Source: Candidatus Dormiibacterota bacterium
Lineage (GTDB): Bacteria > Chloroflexota > Dormibacteria > Aeolococcales > Aeolococcaceae
Direction: 5' to 3'
DNA length: 64,000 bases
Assembly: GCA_036495095.1 (NCBI GenBank)
Contig: DASXNK010000194.1
Location: forward strand, 14,498 to 78,497
In this document: one piece after another, positions 29,057-39,244 of the stretch
Layout: each line of letters begins with the position of its first letter
Position numbering within the stretch: position 1 is the first letter of the stretch
Translations under genes and position numbers: made by a program
The notes under the pieces: generated by a model
Database searches by the model: none
What the model was told of the DNA's origin: nothing
What the model saw: the letters and a program-made list of their open reading frames with translations, nothing else

Positions 29057-31417
29057 TCATTCCTCGCCCTGCTCGGCGAGGAACTCGTCGACCTGGATGA
29101 CGTCCATCAGCACCTCGCGCGACTTGCTGCCCTCGTAGGGGCCCACCACCCGGGCCTCGGCGAGCTGGTCGACGAGACGGGCGGCGCGGGTGTAGCCGAC
29201 GTTGAGCTTGCGCTGGAGCAGGGAGGCGGCGGCGCGGCCCTCGGCGGCGACGGTGTGGGCCGCCTTGGCGAAGAGCGGGTCGCGCTTGGTGGCGTCCCTC
29301 GCCCAGGACACCGTGGCCTCGACCTGGAAGATCTCCTCCTGGTAGTCGGGGCGCCCCTGCGCCTTCCAGCTGTCGATCAGGCGGTCGAGCTCGCGGTCGC
29401 TGACGTAGGCGCCCTGGAGGCGGCGCGCCTTGCCCTGGTCGATGGGCAGGTAGAGCATGTCGCCGCGGCCGAGCAGCTTCTCGGCGCCCATCTCGTCGAG
29501 AATGACCCGGGAGTCGACGCCGCTGGAGACCGCGAAGGCGATGCGGCTGGGGATGTTGGCCTTGATCAGGCCGGTGATGATGTCCGCCGAGGGGCGCTGG
29601 GTGGCGACGATCAGGTGGATGCCGACGGCGCGGGCGAGCTGGGCGATGCGGCAGATCAGGTCCTCGATCTCGCCGGCGGCGACCATCATCAGGTCGGCGA
29701 GCTCGTCGATGACCACCACGATGTTGGGCAGGGGGTTCAGCCCCAGCTGGGGCACGCGCTCGTTGAACGCGGCGATGTTGCGGGCCCCGTGGGAGGCGAA
29801 GAGCTTGTAGCGCTCCTCCATCTCCCGCACCGCCCAGCGCAGCGAGGCGACGGCGGCGTCGGGCTCGACCACCACCGGGACCAGCAGGTGGGGGATGTCC
29901 GCGAACCCGCTGAGCTCGACCCGCTTGGGGTCGATCAGGATCAGCTTCAGCTGCGCCGGGGTGGCCTGGAGGAGGAACCCGGCGAGCACCGCGTTGATGC
30001 AGACCGACTTGCCGCTGCCGGTGGCGCCGGCGATCAGCAGGTGGGGCATCCGGGCCAGGTCGCCGACCACCGGGTGGCCGCTGACGTCGGCGCCCAGCGC
30101 CACCCCCAGCCGGCTCCGGACGTCACCGAAGGCGCCGGAGTTGACGACGTCCTTGAGGGTGACCAGCTGGGCCGCCTTGTTCGGCACCTCGATGCCGATC
30201 GCCGCCTTGCCGGGGATCGGGGCCTGGATGCGGATCGGCGCCGCCAGCGCCAGGGACAGATCGGTCTGGTGGCTGACGATCTTCCGCACCGGCACGCCGA
30301 CGGCGGGCTGGAGCTCGTACTGGGTGACCGTCGGTCCGCTGTTGACGCCCCGCACCCGGGCCTCGATCCCGAAGGCGAGCAGGGTGGACTCGATGGTTCC
30401 GCGGGTGGTGCGGATCTCCGCCTCCAGCCGCTCGCGCTTGCCGGTCACGGTGTCGAGCAGCTCCATCGACGGCACCGTCCAGATCCGCTCCGGCTCGGGC
30501 TCGTCGGTGGCCAGCTCGACCGCGTGCAGCGGCACCTCGGCGGTGCCGAGGACGGCGGGCTCGGGCTCGGGCACCGGCTCCATCGGCAGCCCCTCGAACT
30601 CGCGGGCGAAGGGGATGATTGGCGACGGGGCCTCGTCGGGAGCCGGCTCCTCGGCGGGCGGGGACCCGAGGTCGGCCCCGTCGGGGATGAACAGGGGGAG
30701 CGAGACCGCCTCGGCGGAGGCCCCCCGGCGGCGGCGGCCGGTGGCGGCGGGCTCGGGCGGCCCCGGAAGCGGGGGCGGCGCGGCAGGCGCCTGCACCGGA
30801 GCCTCCGCGTCCGCCAGCCGCACCTCGGCCCACCAGGCGCGGAGCGCCGCCGCCACCCGGCCGACCCGGAGCTCCACGGCGAGCACCAGGCCCAGGGAGG
30901 CGAAGACCAGCCAGGCGGTGCCCGCGGCGGCGCCGCCGAGGCGGTTGCCGAGCCCGGGGCCGAGGCGCTGCCCCACCCGCCCCGCGGTCCCGGGATCGAC
31001 CAGCCCGAGGAAGCCGAGCAGCGCCACCGCGGTGAGGAGGCTGCCGGCGGCGCCCTGGATGCCGCCGCTCCAGCCCCGCACGCCGATCATGCGGACGCCC
31101 GCGACCAGGGGCGCCGCCGCCACCAGCCACGCGCCGACGCCGAGCCAGGTGAAGAGAGCATCGTGGATCGGCGCCGCCACCGAGCCGCCGCCGGGGAGGG
31201 CGAGGACCGCGGCGAGCACCACCCCGGCGCCGATGCCGCCGACGCCGCAGAGCTCGCGCCGCTGGTCGGGGGTGAGCAGCGGCGTCCGCGGGGTCGACAC
31301 CGTGCGCGGGGTGCGCGGCCGGCGGGCGCGCGGCGCCGCCGTACGGGATCGCGATCGGGCGGGGCGGCGGACCCGGGAGCGGGCCGATGCCGGACCGGCA
31401 CCCTTGGTGCGGGCCAT
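29057..31417 (-). CDS. ftsK: DNA translocase FtsK/SpoIIIE
   Basis: N-terminal TM helices, Pro-rich linker, motor 'LLIAGATGSGKSVCINAVLAGFL...IDPKRVELS', C-terminal gamma domain. ATG 31417 with AGAGAGG RBS. Confidence 0.9.
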   Translation of the reverse strand: MARTKGAGPASARSRVRRPARSRSRTAAPRARRPRTPRTVSTPRTPLLTPDQRRELCGVGGIGAGVVLAAVLALPGGGSVAAPIHDALFTWLGVGAWLVAAAPLVAGVRMIGVRGWSGGIQGAAGSLLTAVALLGFLGLVDPGTAGRVGQRLGPGLGNRLGGAAAGTAWLVFASLGLVLAVELRVGRVAAALRAWWAEVRLADAEAPVQAPAAPPPLPGPPEPAATGRRRRGASAEAVSLPLFIPDGADLGSPPAEEPAPDEAPSPIIPFAREFEGLPMEPVPEPEPAVLGTAEVPLHAVELATDEPEPERIWTVPSMELLDTVTGKRERLEAEIRTTRGTIESTLLAFGIEARVRGVNSGPTVTQYELQPAVGVPVRKIVSHQTDLSLALAAPIRIQAPIPGKAAIGIEVPNKAAQLVTLKDVVNSGAFGDVRSRLGVALGADVSGHPVVGDLARMPHLLIAGATGSGKSVCINAVLAGFLLQATPAQLKLILIDPKRVELSGFADIPHLLVPVVVEPDAAVASLRWAVREMEERYKLFASHGARNIAAFNERVPQLGLNPLPNIVVVIDELADLMMVAAGEIEDLICRIAQLARAVGIHLIVATQRPSADIITGLIKANIPSRIAFAVSSGVDSRVILDEMGAEKLLGRGDMLYLPIDQGKARRLQGAYVSDRELDRLIDSWKAQGRPDYQEEIFQVEATVSWARDATKRDPLFAKAAHTVAAEGRAAASLLQRKLNVGYTRAARLVDQLAEARVVGPYEGSKSREVLMDVIQVDEFLAEQGEE

Positions 31418-31663
31418 CGGGATGGCAGCCTCTCTGAGTGGGACGTGGAGCTGAGCGGCGACGGGCTGCGAGTTCCGTCGAACGGATGCGCCGCCGATGG
31501 TAGCAGTCCTCGTGCTACTGTGGACCACGGCCCCCACTGATGGGGCCTGCCAACTTGGTGAGATCCCTCTCCCCGCCCTCCTTCCGCGGCGGTGTCCTCA
31601 AGTCAGCGGCATCACGCATCCCGAGGGGGAGCCCGGGCTCCACGGAGCCCCAGAAAGGATCCC

Positions 31664-32956
31664 ATGGCCACCTTTGCCGATCTCGGCGTGCGCTCGCGCA
31701 CCGCCGACGCCCTGAGCCGCGGTGCGATCAACGAGCCGCTGCCGGTGCAACGCGACGCCATCCCCCCGCTGCTGGCCCGCCGCGACGTCGTCGTCGAGGC
31801 TCCCACCGGCTCGGGGAAGACGCTCGCGTTCCTCGTCCCCATGGTCGAGCGGCTGTCCGGTCACCGCTCCGGCGGCGCCCGCGCCCTCGTCGTCGTCCCC
31901 ACCCGTGAGCTCGCCAGCCAGGTGGCCTCGGTGCTCCGCACCGTCGACCCGGCGCTGCGGGTCGCGCTCGTCGTCGGAGGCGTCGGCTACGGCGGGCAGC
32001 TCTCGCTGCTCCGCAACTCGCCCGACGTCATCGTCGGCTGCCCGGGGCGGCTGCTCGACCTCGCCGCCCGCGGCGCCGCCCGGCTCGACCGGATCGAGTA
32101 CCTGGTGCTCGACGAGGCCGACGAGATGCTCGACCAGGGCTTCGCCCCCGACGTCGAGCGGATCATGGCGATGACCCCGCAGAACCAGCCCGGCCGCATC
32201 CTCCGCCAGACCGTCCTCGCCTCGGCGACGATGCCCGCCTGGGTGCGCACCATGATCGACCGCCACCTGGTCGACCCGGTGCGCCTCGCGGTGTCGACCG
32301 AGCAGGTGCCCCTGCTCGAGCAGGGGCTGCTGCGGGTGCGCCGCGACCAGCGGGTCGCCACCCTCTCCGCGCTGCTGCGCCAGTTCGACGGCTCCGCGCT
32401 CGTCTTCCACCGCACCAAGCACGGCGCCAAGCGGCTGGCCTCCGATCTGCACCGGCTCGGCCACCGCGCCGACGAGCTCCAGGGCAACCTCTCCCAGAAC
32501 GCCAGGGACCGCGCCATCGCCGGCTTCCGCGCCCGCAGCACCGACGTGCTCGTGGCCACCAACGTGGCCGCGCGCGGGCTCGACATCGACCACGTCTCGC
32601 TGGTGGTGAACTACGAGCTGCCCGACAGCCCGCAGTGGCTGACCCACCGGGCCGGGCGCACCGCCCGCAACGGCGCCGAGGGCACCGCGGTCACCTTCCT
32701 CTCCGACGACGACATGGAGCAGTGGAGCAAGCTGCGACGCCTCGGCGGCCCCGCGCTGCGCTGGGCGGACGGTGACGCGCTGCTCGGCGAGGGTGAGCTG
32801 CGGCTGCTGGAGACGCCGCCCCCCGGTGAGCCCAACGGCCGCCCGGCACCCCGGCGTCCCGTCCCGCTGCGCGGCTACGGCCGCGGCCGCGGCGCCGGCA
32901 ACGGCGCCGGACGCCCCCGGGCCGCGGAGGGACGGCGCGCGCCTAGACCTCGGTGA
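31664..32956 (+). CDS. DEAD-box ATP-dependent RNA helicase
   Basis: Q motif, 'APTGSGKT', 'LDEADEML', 'ASAT', 'HRAGRTAR'. ATG 31664 with AAAGGA RBS. Confidence 0.9.
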   Translation: MATFADLGVRSRTADALSRGAINEPLPVQRDAIPPLLARRDVVVEAPTGSGKTLAFLVPMVERLSGHRSGGARALVVVPTRELASQVASVLRTVDPALRVALVVGGVGYGGQLSLLRNSPDVIVGCPGRLLDLAARGAARLDRIEYLVLDEADEMLDQGFAPDVERIMAMTPQNQPGRILRQTVLASATMPAWVRTMIDRHLVDPVRLAVSTEQVPLLEQGLLRVRRDQRVATLSALLRQFDGSALVFHRTKHGAKRLASDLHRLGHRADELQGNLSQNARDRAIAGFRARSTDVLVATNVAARGLDIDHVSLVVNYELPDSPQWLTHRAGRTARNGAEGTAVTFLSDDDMEQWSKLRRLGGPALRWADGDALLGEGELRLLETPPPGEPNGRPAPRRPVPLRGYGRGRGAGNGAGRPRAAEGRRAPRPR

Positions 32957-34631
32957 TCACCGGGAGGATCATCGGCCGGCGACGGGTGCGGCGGTAGAGG
33001 AAGCGGGCCAGTCCCTCGTGGATCGCCGACTGCCACACCGACCACTCGGAGTCGGGGCGCAGCTTCGACACCAGCTGGAGGATGTGGGCGCGCGCCTCGT
33101 CGAAGAGCGACTCGGTCGAGGACTCGTCGACGAAGCCGCGTGACACCAGGTCGGGGCCGCCCACCACCATCCCGGTGGAGCGCTCGACGGTGAGCACCAC
33201 GATGAGCACGCCGTCCTGGGCGAGGGCGCGGCGGTCGCGCAGCACCACGTCGCCGGCCTCCTCGATCTCCAGACCGTCGACGTACACGTAGCCCGCGGGG
33301 GCGCGCAGGGTGGTGCGGCGGATTCCCGCGGCGTCGATCTCGATGATGGTGCCGTTGTCGATCGGCAGCACCCGCTCGGCGGGGATGCCCACCGCCCGGG
33401 CGAGCTCGGAGTGGATCGCGAGGTGGCGGTACTCGCCGTGCACCGGCACGAAGTAGCGCGGCCGCACCAGGGTCATCAGCAGCTTGAGCTCCTCGCGGCT
33501 GGCGTGGCCCGAGGCGTGCACCCGGTGACGTGACGAGTGGAAGACGCGGCTGCCCTGCCGGTAGAGGTTGTTGATGGTGCGATGCACCAGCTCCTCGTTG
33601 CCGGGGATGGGGTTGGCGCTGATGATGACGGTGTCGCCGCGCTGCAGCTGGACGATCGGGTGCTCGCCGGCGGCGATCCGGGTGAGCGCCGACAGCGGCT
33701 CGCCCTGGGCGCCGGTGCAGACGATCAGCACCCGGTCGGCACTCAGCCCGTCGAGCTGGCGGGGCCAGAGCAGCGACCCCGGCGCCACCTTGAGGAACCC
33801 CAGCTCCTGCGCGGTCGCGACGTTGTTGAGCATCGACCGTCCCACCACGAGCGAGCGGCGGTTGTGCTCCTCGGCGCAGTCGAAGGCCTGCTGCAGCCGC
33901 GAGATGTTGGAGGCGAAGGTGGCCATCAGGATGCGCCCGGGCGAGGTCGCGAAGATCGGCGACAGCCCCTCCCCCACCTGGCGCTCGCTCGGCGTTGTGC
34001 CCTCGGACTCGGCGTTGGTGCTGTCGCTGAGCAGCAGCAGCACGCCCTCGTCGCCGATCCTGGCGAGCCGGGCGAGGTCGGGCGGCTCGCCGTTGATCGG
34101 GGTGTGGTCGAGCTTGAAGTCGCCACTGTGCACGATGGTGCCGAGCGCGGTGCGGATCGCCAGCGCGCAGGCGTCGGGGATGCTGTGGGTGGTGTGGATC
34201 CACTCCACCGCGATGCCGCCCAGCTCGACGGTGTCGCCGGCGCGCACCACCTGGGTCTCGGTGGAGTCGAGCAGCCCGTGCTCCTTCAGCTTGGAGCGCA
34301 GGAACCCGAGGGTGAGGCTGGTGCCGTAGACCGGCACCGGCAGCCGCGGCAGGATGTACGGAAGCCCGCCGATGTGGTCCTCGTGCCCATGGGTGAGCAC
34401 GATGCCGCGGACCCGCTGGGCGCGCTCGAGCAGCCAGGAGATGTCGGGGATCACCAGGTCGATGCCGAGCATCTCCTGCTCCGGGAACATCAGCCCGCCG
34501 TCCACGACCACGATGTCGTCGTTGCACTCGATCGCCATCAGGTTGCGGCCGATCTCGCCGAGGCCGCCCAGGGGCACGAGCGACAGCCGCCCCCCTCCCA
34601 CCGCCGGTGGGGCGTGCAGGACGTCGGTCAT
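32943..34631 (-). CDS. rnj: ribonuclease J
   Basis: 'LVPLGGLGEIGRNLMAIE...VLTHGHEDHIGGLPYIL' metallo-beta-lactamase/beta-CASP; 562 aa. Confidence 0.9.
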   Translation of the reverse strand: MTDVLHAPPAVGGGRLSLVPLGGLGEIGRNLMAIECNDDIVVVDGGLMFPEQEMLGIDLVIPDISWLLERAQRVRGIVLTHGHEDHIGGLPYILPRLPVPVYGTSLTLGFLRSKLKEHGLLDSTETQVVRAGDTVELGGIAVEWIHTTHSIPDACALAIRTALGTIVHSGDFKLDHTPINGEPPDLARLARIGDEGVLLLLSDSTNAESEGTTPSERQVGEGLSPIFATSPGRILMATFASNISRLQQAFDCAEEHNRRSLVVGRSMLNNVATAQELGFLKVAPGSLLWPRQLDGLSADRVLIVCTGAQGEPLSALTRIAAGEHPIVQLQRGDTVIISANPIPGNEELVHRTINNLYRQGSRVFHSSRHRVHASGHASREELKLLMTLVRPRYFVPVHGEYRHLAIHSELARAVGIPAERVLPIDNGTIIEIDAAGIRRTTLRAPAGYVYVDGLEIEEAGDVVLRDRRALAQDGVLIVVLTVERSTGMVVGGPDLVSRGFVDESSTESLFDEARAHILQLVSKLRPDSEWSVWQSAIHEGLARFLYRRTRRRPMILPVITEV

Positions 34632-35341
34632 CAGAAGAGGGTGAGCTGCTCGTCGGCGGCGCGGACCGCGACGGCGCGCGCGGCCTCCTCCGCCAGCTCA
34701 CGCTGCCGGCGCTCCCGCTCCGCCCGGGCCTCGTCGAGGTAGCCGCGCACCTTCTGCATGTCCTCCTCCAGGGTGCGCAGCAGCGAGGCGTTGTAGAGCG
34801 CGGCCGCGGGATGGAGGAGGGGCACGTAGAGACGGTCGCCGCGGCGCACCCGCTGTCCGTGGATGCGGCTGATGCCGGGCATGCCCGGGAGCAGACGTCC
34901 CACGGCGTGACGGCCCAGCAGCAGGATGACGTCGGGGCGGATCAGTGCCACCTGGTCGTCGAGGAAGTGCGCGCACGAGCTCACCTCGGCGGGCTCGGGG
35001 TCGCGGTTGCCCGGCGGGCGGCACTTCAGGACGTTGCCGATGTAGATGTCCTGGCGGTCCAGCCCGATCGACTGGAGCAGCCGGGTGAGCAGCTGGCCGG
35101 CGGCGCCGACGAAGGGCCGGCCGGTGCGGTCCTCCTTCTCGCCCGGAGCCTCGCCGACGGCCATGATCCGCGCCGTCACCGGCCCGTCGCCGGGCACCGC
35201 GCGGGTGCGGGTGGCGTGAAGCGGGCAGGCGGTGCAGGACTCGATGGAGCGGTGGAGCGCGAGCAGCGCCTCGGCGCCGGCGGCGCCGGCCCCGGGCACG
35301 GCCGGGACGGTGCTGCCGAAGGGGATGTGCCCGAGGCTCAC
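34631..35341 (-). CDS. udg: uracil-DNA glycosylase, family 4 (canonical)
   Basis: 'CTACPLH', 'GEAPGEKEDRTGRPFVGAAG', 'NVLKCRPP', 'HPAA'. GTG start overlaps the dapA stop. Confidence 0.8.
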   Translation of the reverse strand: MSLGHIPFGSTVPAVPGAGAAGAEALLALHRSIESCTACPLHATRTRAVPGDGPVTARIMAVGEAPGEKEDRTGRPFVGAAGQLLTRLLQSIGLDRQDIYIGNVLKCRPPGNRDPEPAEVSSCAHFLDDQVALIRPDVILLLGRHAVGRLLPGMPGISRIHGQRVRRGDRLYVPLLHPAAALYNASLLRTLEEDMQKVRGYLDEARAERERRQRELAEEAARAVAVRAADEQLTLF

Positions 35342-36270
35342 GCGCTGCGGACCGCGCGAGGGGGGGCTGCGGCATGGCCGGGGGCGAGCCCGACGAGGTC
35401 GCCGCAGGCGTCGAGCAGGGCGCCGAGGGTGGCGCGCCGGACCGGGTCGAGGGGCACCAGCGGCAGCCGCACGCCGCCCACGTCGACGCCGAGGTGCTGG
35501 AGCGCCGCCTTGACCGGGATCGGGTTCGAGGTCACGAACAGGCCGTGGAAGAGCGGCAGCAGCCGCACGTGCAGCCCGGCGGCGGCGGCGGTGTCGCCGG
35601 CCACCTGGGCCTCGATCATCCGGCGCACCGCGGCCCCGCAGACGTGGGACACGACGCTCACCACGCCGAAGGCGCCGACACTCATGAAGGGCAGGATGAG
35701 GCCGTCGTCGCCGCTCCAGACCCGGAAGCCCGGCGGCGCGCCGGCGACGATCTGCGCCACCTGGTCGGCGTCGCCCGCCGCCTCCTTGGTGCCGCAGATG
35801 TGGGGATGCCGGGCGAGGGTCAGCGTCGTCTCGACGGTGAGGTTCACGCCGGTGCGCCCGGGGATGTTGTAGAGGATGACCGGAAGGCCGACGTCCGCGA
35901 CCGCCTCGAAGTGGGCCACCAGCCCCTCCTGGGGCGGCTTGTTGTAGTACGGCGCCACCACCAGCGCGGCGTCCGCCCCCGCGTCCTTCGCCTCCAGGGT
36001 GGCGAGCTCGGTCGCGGCGGTGCTGTTCGAGCCCGTCCCCATCACCACGGCGTGGTCGGGGATGGCCCGGCGCACCGCCCCGAGCAGGCCGAGGCGCTCG
36101 GGGTGGGTGAGGGTGGGCGACTCCCCGGTGGTGCCGTTCACCACCACCCCGTCGCTGCCGGAGGCGACGAGCGCGCGGGCGAGGCGCGCCGCCACGTCGA
36201 GGTCGACGGCGCCGGCGGCATCGAAGGGCGTCACCATGGCGGTGAGCAACCGGCCCAGGCTCGCCTGCAT
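35338..36270 (-). CDS. dapA: 4-hydroxy-tetrahydrodipicolinate synthase
   Basis: 'MVTPFDAAGAVD', 'VVNGTTGESPTLT', 'YNIPGRTG'. ATG 36270. TACAAT 9 nt upstream suggests a leaderless or short-leader transcript. Confidence 0.9.
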   Translation of the reverse strand: MQASLGRLLTAMVTPFDAAGAVDLDVAARLARALVASGSDGVVVNGTTGESPTLTHPERLGLLGAVRRAIPDHAVVMGTGSNSTAATELATLEAKDAGADAALVVAPYYNKPPQEGLVAHFEAVADVGLPVILYNIPGRTGVNLTVETTLTLARHPHICGTKEAAGDADQVAQIVAGAPPGFRVWSGDDGLILPFMSVGAFGVVSVVSHVCGAAVRRMIEAQVAGDTAAAAGLHVRLLPLFHGLFVTSNPIPVKAALQHLGVDVGGVRLPLVPLDPVRRATLGALLDACGDLVGLAPGHAAAPPRAVRSA

Positions 36271-36440
36271 GGGGCCAGATTGTACGTGCCGGTCACCGGG
36301 GGACGAGCAGAGGATGAGACTGATCCCGTCGCCGCGGCAGCCTGACGGGCGGCGGGCGCCGGCGCCGCCGCCGCGCAGGGAAGCCCCCGCTCGGCCGTTG
36401 ATCACGAAGAGGGCGGTGACGCCCAGGAGGGGGACGACGC

Positions 36441-36962
36441 ATGGTCACGCCGACGGTGGAGGGGCTCCGGGCCCGTTCCGCCGAGCTCGTCGCCGGGCTC
36501 CGCGCCCGGATCCGCCGGTCGAGCTGGGGTGAGCGCGCCCTGGTGGGCGGCTCCGCGGCGGTGCTCTTCGCGCTGCTCTTCCTCCCCTGGCTCACCACCA
36601 GTTGCGACGCCGACTGCAACGGCTTCGGCCTCGACGCGAGGACCATCGACGGGGTCCACGGCTGGGGACTGCTGACCATGCTCGGGCTGCTGGCCGTGGT
36701 CGGCCTCTGGGCGGTGCGCTGCTATCCCGACCGGGTGAGGCTGCCGGCGCTGCCGCTGCGCGATCCCCAGGTCTACATGGTCGCCGGTGCCCTGGAGCTG
36801 GTCGGGGTGGTGCTCTTCTGGTTCGAGTTCCATGCCAGCGTGGCCTCCTTCGTCAGCGTCGGGGTGCGGCCCACGCTGGGCTGGTTCCTCGCCCTCGCCG
36901 GGGCCACCGCCACCCTGCTGGGCGGCTGGCTGCTGCAGTCGGAGCGACTCTCCCCGGGTTGA
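36441..36962 (+). CDS. hypothetical membrane protein
   Basis: ATG with GGAGGGGG RBS; 4 predicted TM helices. Confidence 0.45.
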   Translation: MVTPTVEGLRARSAELVAGLRARIRRSSWGERALVGGSAAVLFALLFLPWLTTSCDADCNGFGLDARTIDGVHGWGLLTMLGLLAVVGLWAVRCYPDRVRLPALPLRDPQVYMVAGALELVGVVLFWFEFHASVASFVSVGVRPTLGWFLALAGATATLLGGWLLQSERLSPG

Positions 36963-37036
36963 CATCAACCCGCGTAGGAAGCCGGCGCCCCCGCGCGTCA
37001 TAGGGCCGGCCATCCACCTCTGGGGAGAGGAACCAC

Positions 37037-37381
37037 ATGAACGACCCGCGAACCGTCCGCGGCGCGCGCCCTGCGCCCGCCGGTCACGCCACCCTCACCG
37101 GCCACCGGTCGCCCTGGCGACCCGCGCCGCCGGCCGAGACCATCCCGTCCGCGGCCGACGCGCCGCCGCTGCCCTTCGTGCAGGCGCGCATCCGCGCCGG
37201 CCGCGAGGCCTCCGACCAGGGTCACGCGATCGGGCAGTGGGCGCCGGGCACCGTCTATCCGGGGGGCGAGCAGGACTGGTGGGCGACCTGCCAGCGCTGC
37301 GCCTGCCTGATCTGGGTGGTGTGCCGCAGCGACCGGATGGCGACCGTGCAGCACGTGCCGGGCCGCTGCCGGCCGGGCTGA
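37037..37381 (+). CDS. hypothetical protein with Cys-rich C-terminus (CQRCAC..C..C)
   Basis: ATG with GAGAGGAA RBS. C-terminal cysteine cluster could be a zinc ribbon. Confidence 0.4.
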   Translation: MNDPRTVRGARPAPAGHATLTGHRSPWRPAPPAETIPSAADAPPLPFVQARIRAGREASDQGHAIGQWAPGTVYPGGEQDWWATCQRCACLIWVVCRSDRMATVQHVPGRCRPG

Positions 37382-37394
37382 TCTGAGGAGTGCC

Positions 37395-38420
37395 TTACGC
37401 CCCGCGGGAGGCGAGCAGCTCGCCGACCTGGACCGCGTTGGTGGCGGCGCCCTTGCGCAGGTTGTCGACGCTGAGGAAGAGGGCGAGCGCACCCGGCCGG
37501 CCGATGTCGGCGCGGATCCGGCCGACGAGCACGTCGTCCTGGCCGGCGGCGTCCCGTGGGGTGGGATAGCGCTGCTGGGCGGGGTCGTCGACGACCCGCA
37601 CCCCGGCGGCGCCGGCGAGCAGCTCGCGGGCGGCGTCGGGGCGCACCGGCTCGGCGAACTCCGCCCAGACCGCGGCGCTGTGGCCGGTGGCGACGGGGAC
37701 CCGCACGGTGGTGACGCTCACCGGCAGCTCGGCGAGGCCGAGCACCCGGCGGGTCTCGGCGATCACCTTCAGCTCCTCGTCGGTGTCGTCCCCATGCATC
37801 GTCCAGCCGCCGGGGACCACGTTGCCGTGGAGTACGTGGGGGTACACGGCGTGGGAGGGGGCCTCGCCGGCGGCGTCGGCCCGCGCCTGCTCGTGCAGCT
37901 CGCCGGCGAGGGCGCGGCCGCCACCGCTGGCCGCCTGGTAGGTGGCCACGGTGATGCGCAGCAGCCCGAAGGCCCGGTGCAGCGGCGCCAGCGCCACCGT
38001 CAGCGGGATGGCGACGCAGTTGGGGTTGGCGACGATGCCGTGGTGGCCGTCGAGCTCGACGGCGTTGACCTCGGGCACCACCAGCGGGACGTCCGGGTCC
38101 ATCCGGTAGGCGCTCGACTTGTCGATGGCGACGCCGCCGTTGCGGGCGACCACCGGGGCGTAGCGGCGCGCCGTCCCCGAGCCGGCGGCGAAGAAGACGA
38201 CGTCCAGGCCCTCGATGGCCTCGTCGCTCACCTCGACGACCTCGAGGTCGCGGCCGCCGAAGCGCACCGTGGTCCCGGCACTGCGGGCGCTGGCCATGCA
38301 GCGCAGCTCGGCGAGCGGGAAGCCCCGCTCCTCCAGGATGCGCAGCACCGTGCTCCCGGCGGCGCCGGTGGCGCCGACCAGCCCAACCCGGGGCGCTCCG
38401 CGATCTCCGTTCCGGCTCAT
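37395..38420 (-). CDS. asd: aspartate-semialdehyde dehydrogenase
   Basis: 'RVGLVGATGAAGSTVLRILEER', active-site 'ANPNCVAIP', 'SGGG'. ATG 38420. The track ORF overextends into dapB. Confidence 0.9.
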   Translation of the reverse strand: MSRNGDRGAPRVGLVGATGAAGSTVLRILEERGFPLAELRCMASARSAGTTVRFGGRDLEVVEVSDEAIEGLDVVFFAAGSGTARRYAPVVARNGGVAIDKSSAYRMDPDVPLVVPEVNAVELDGHHGIVANPNCVAIPLTVALAPLHRAFGLLRITVATYQAASGGGRALAGELHEQARADAAGEAPSHAVYPHVLHGNVVPGGWTMHGDDTDEELKVIAETRRVLGLAELPVSVTTVRVPVATGHSAAVWAEFAEPVRPDAARELLAGAAGVRVVDDPAQQRYPTPRDAAGQDDVLVGRIRADIGRPGALALFLSVDNLRKGAATNAVQVGELLASRGA

Positions 38421-39244
38421 CAGGTCTCCGATGATGCCATGGCCCGGGTGACCGTGGCCGCGGGGGGCAGGCCGAGCACCTCCTCGAGGCTGGTGGAGAA
38501 ACGCTCGGTCGCGGTGACCGCCCGGGCGGCGGCGAGCACCCCCGGGGCGAAGGCGGCGCGCGAGGTGGTGCGGTGCTCGAGGGTCAGGGTCTGGCCGGGG
38601 GCGCCGAAGATCACCGACTGGTCGGCGATCGGCCCCTGGAGCCGCAGGCTGTGGACGCCGGCGCCGCCGAGGCTGCCCCCGCGGGTGCCCGGCAGCGTCT
38701 CGGTGCGGGGCTCGGTGTGCTCGAAGGGACGCCCCCCGCGGGCGGCGAGCAGTCGCTCGGCGGTGCGCAGGGCGGTGCCGCTGGGCGCGTCGAGCTTGCC
38801 GGGATGGTGGCTCTCGATGATCTCGCAACTCTCGAAGTGGCCGGCGCAGACCTCGGCGAGCCACATCATCAGCGCGGCGCCGAGGGCGAAGTTGGGGATC
38901 ACGCAGCCGCCGAGGCCGGCGGCGGCGCAGCGGTCGCGCAGCTCCTCGACGGCGGCGTCGCCGAGCCCGGTGGTGCCGACCACCGGACGCACCCCGTGGT
39001 CCACCGCGGTGAGCGCGTTGCCGAGCGCCGCGGTGGGGACGGAGAAGTCGACCAGCACCTGCGCCCCAGCTCCGGCGAGGGCGGCGGCGAGGTCGTCGCC
39101 GACGTCGACCGCCGCCGCGCACTCGAAACCGGGATCGGCCTCGAGCGCGGCGACGATCTCGCGACCCACCCGTCCCCGCGCGCCGCTCACGGCGACGCGC
39201 AGGGGGGGCGCCGGGGGGGAGTCCCCCCCCGACAGACCGGTCAC
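38420..39244 (-). CDS. dapB: 4-hydroxy-tetrahydrodipicolinate reductase
   Basis: 'LRVAVSGARGRVGREIVAAL', 'EIIESHHPGKLDAPSGTA'. GTG overlaps the pnp stop. Confidence 0.9.
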   Translation of the reverse strand: MTGLSGGDSPPAPPLRVAVSGARGRVGREIVAALEADPGFECAAAVDVGDDLAAALAGAGAQVLVDFSVPTAALGNALTAVDHGVRPVVGTTGLGDAAVEELRDRCAAAGLGGCVIPNFALGAALMMWLAEVCAGHFESCEIIESHHPGKLDAPSGTALRTAERLLAARGGRPFEHTEPRTETLPGTRGGSLGGAGVHSLRLQGPIADQSVIFGAPGQTLTLEHRTTSRAAFAPGVLAAARAVTATERFSTSLEEVLGLPPAATVTRAMASSET

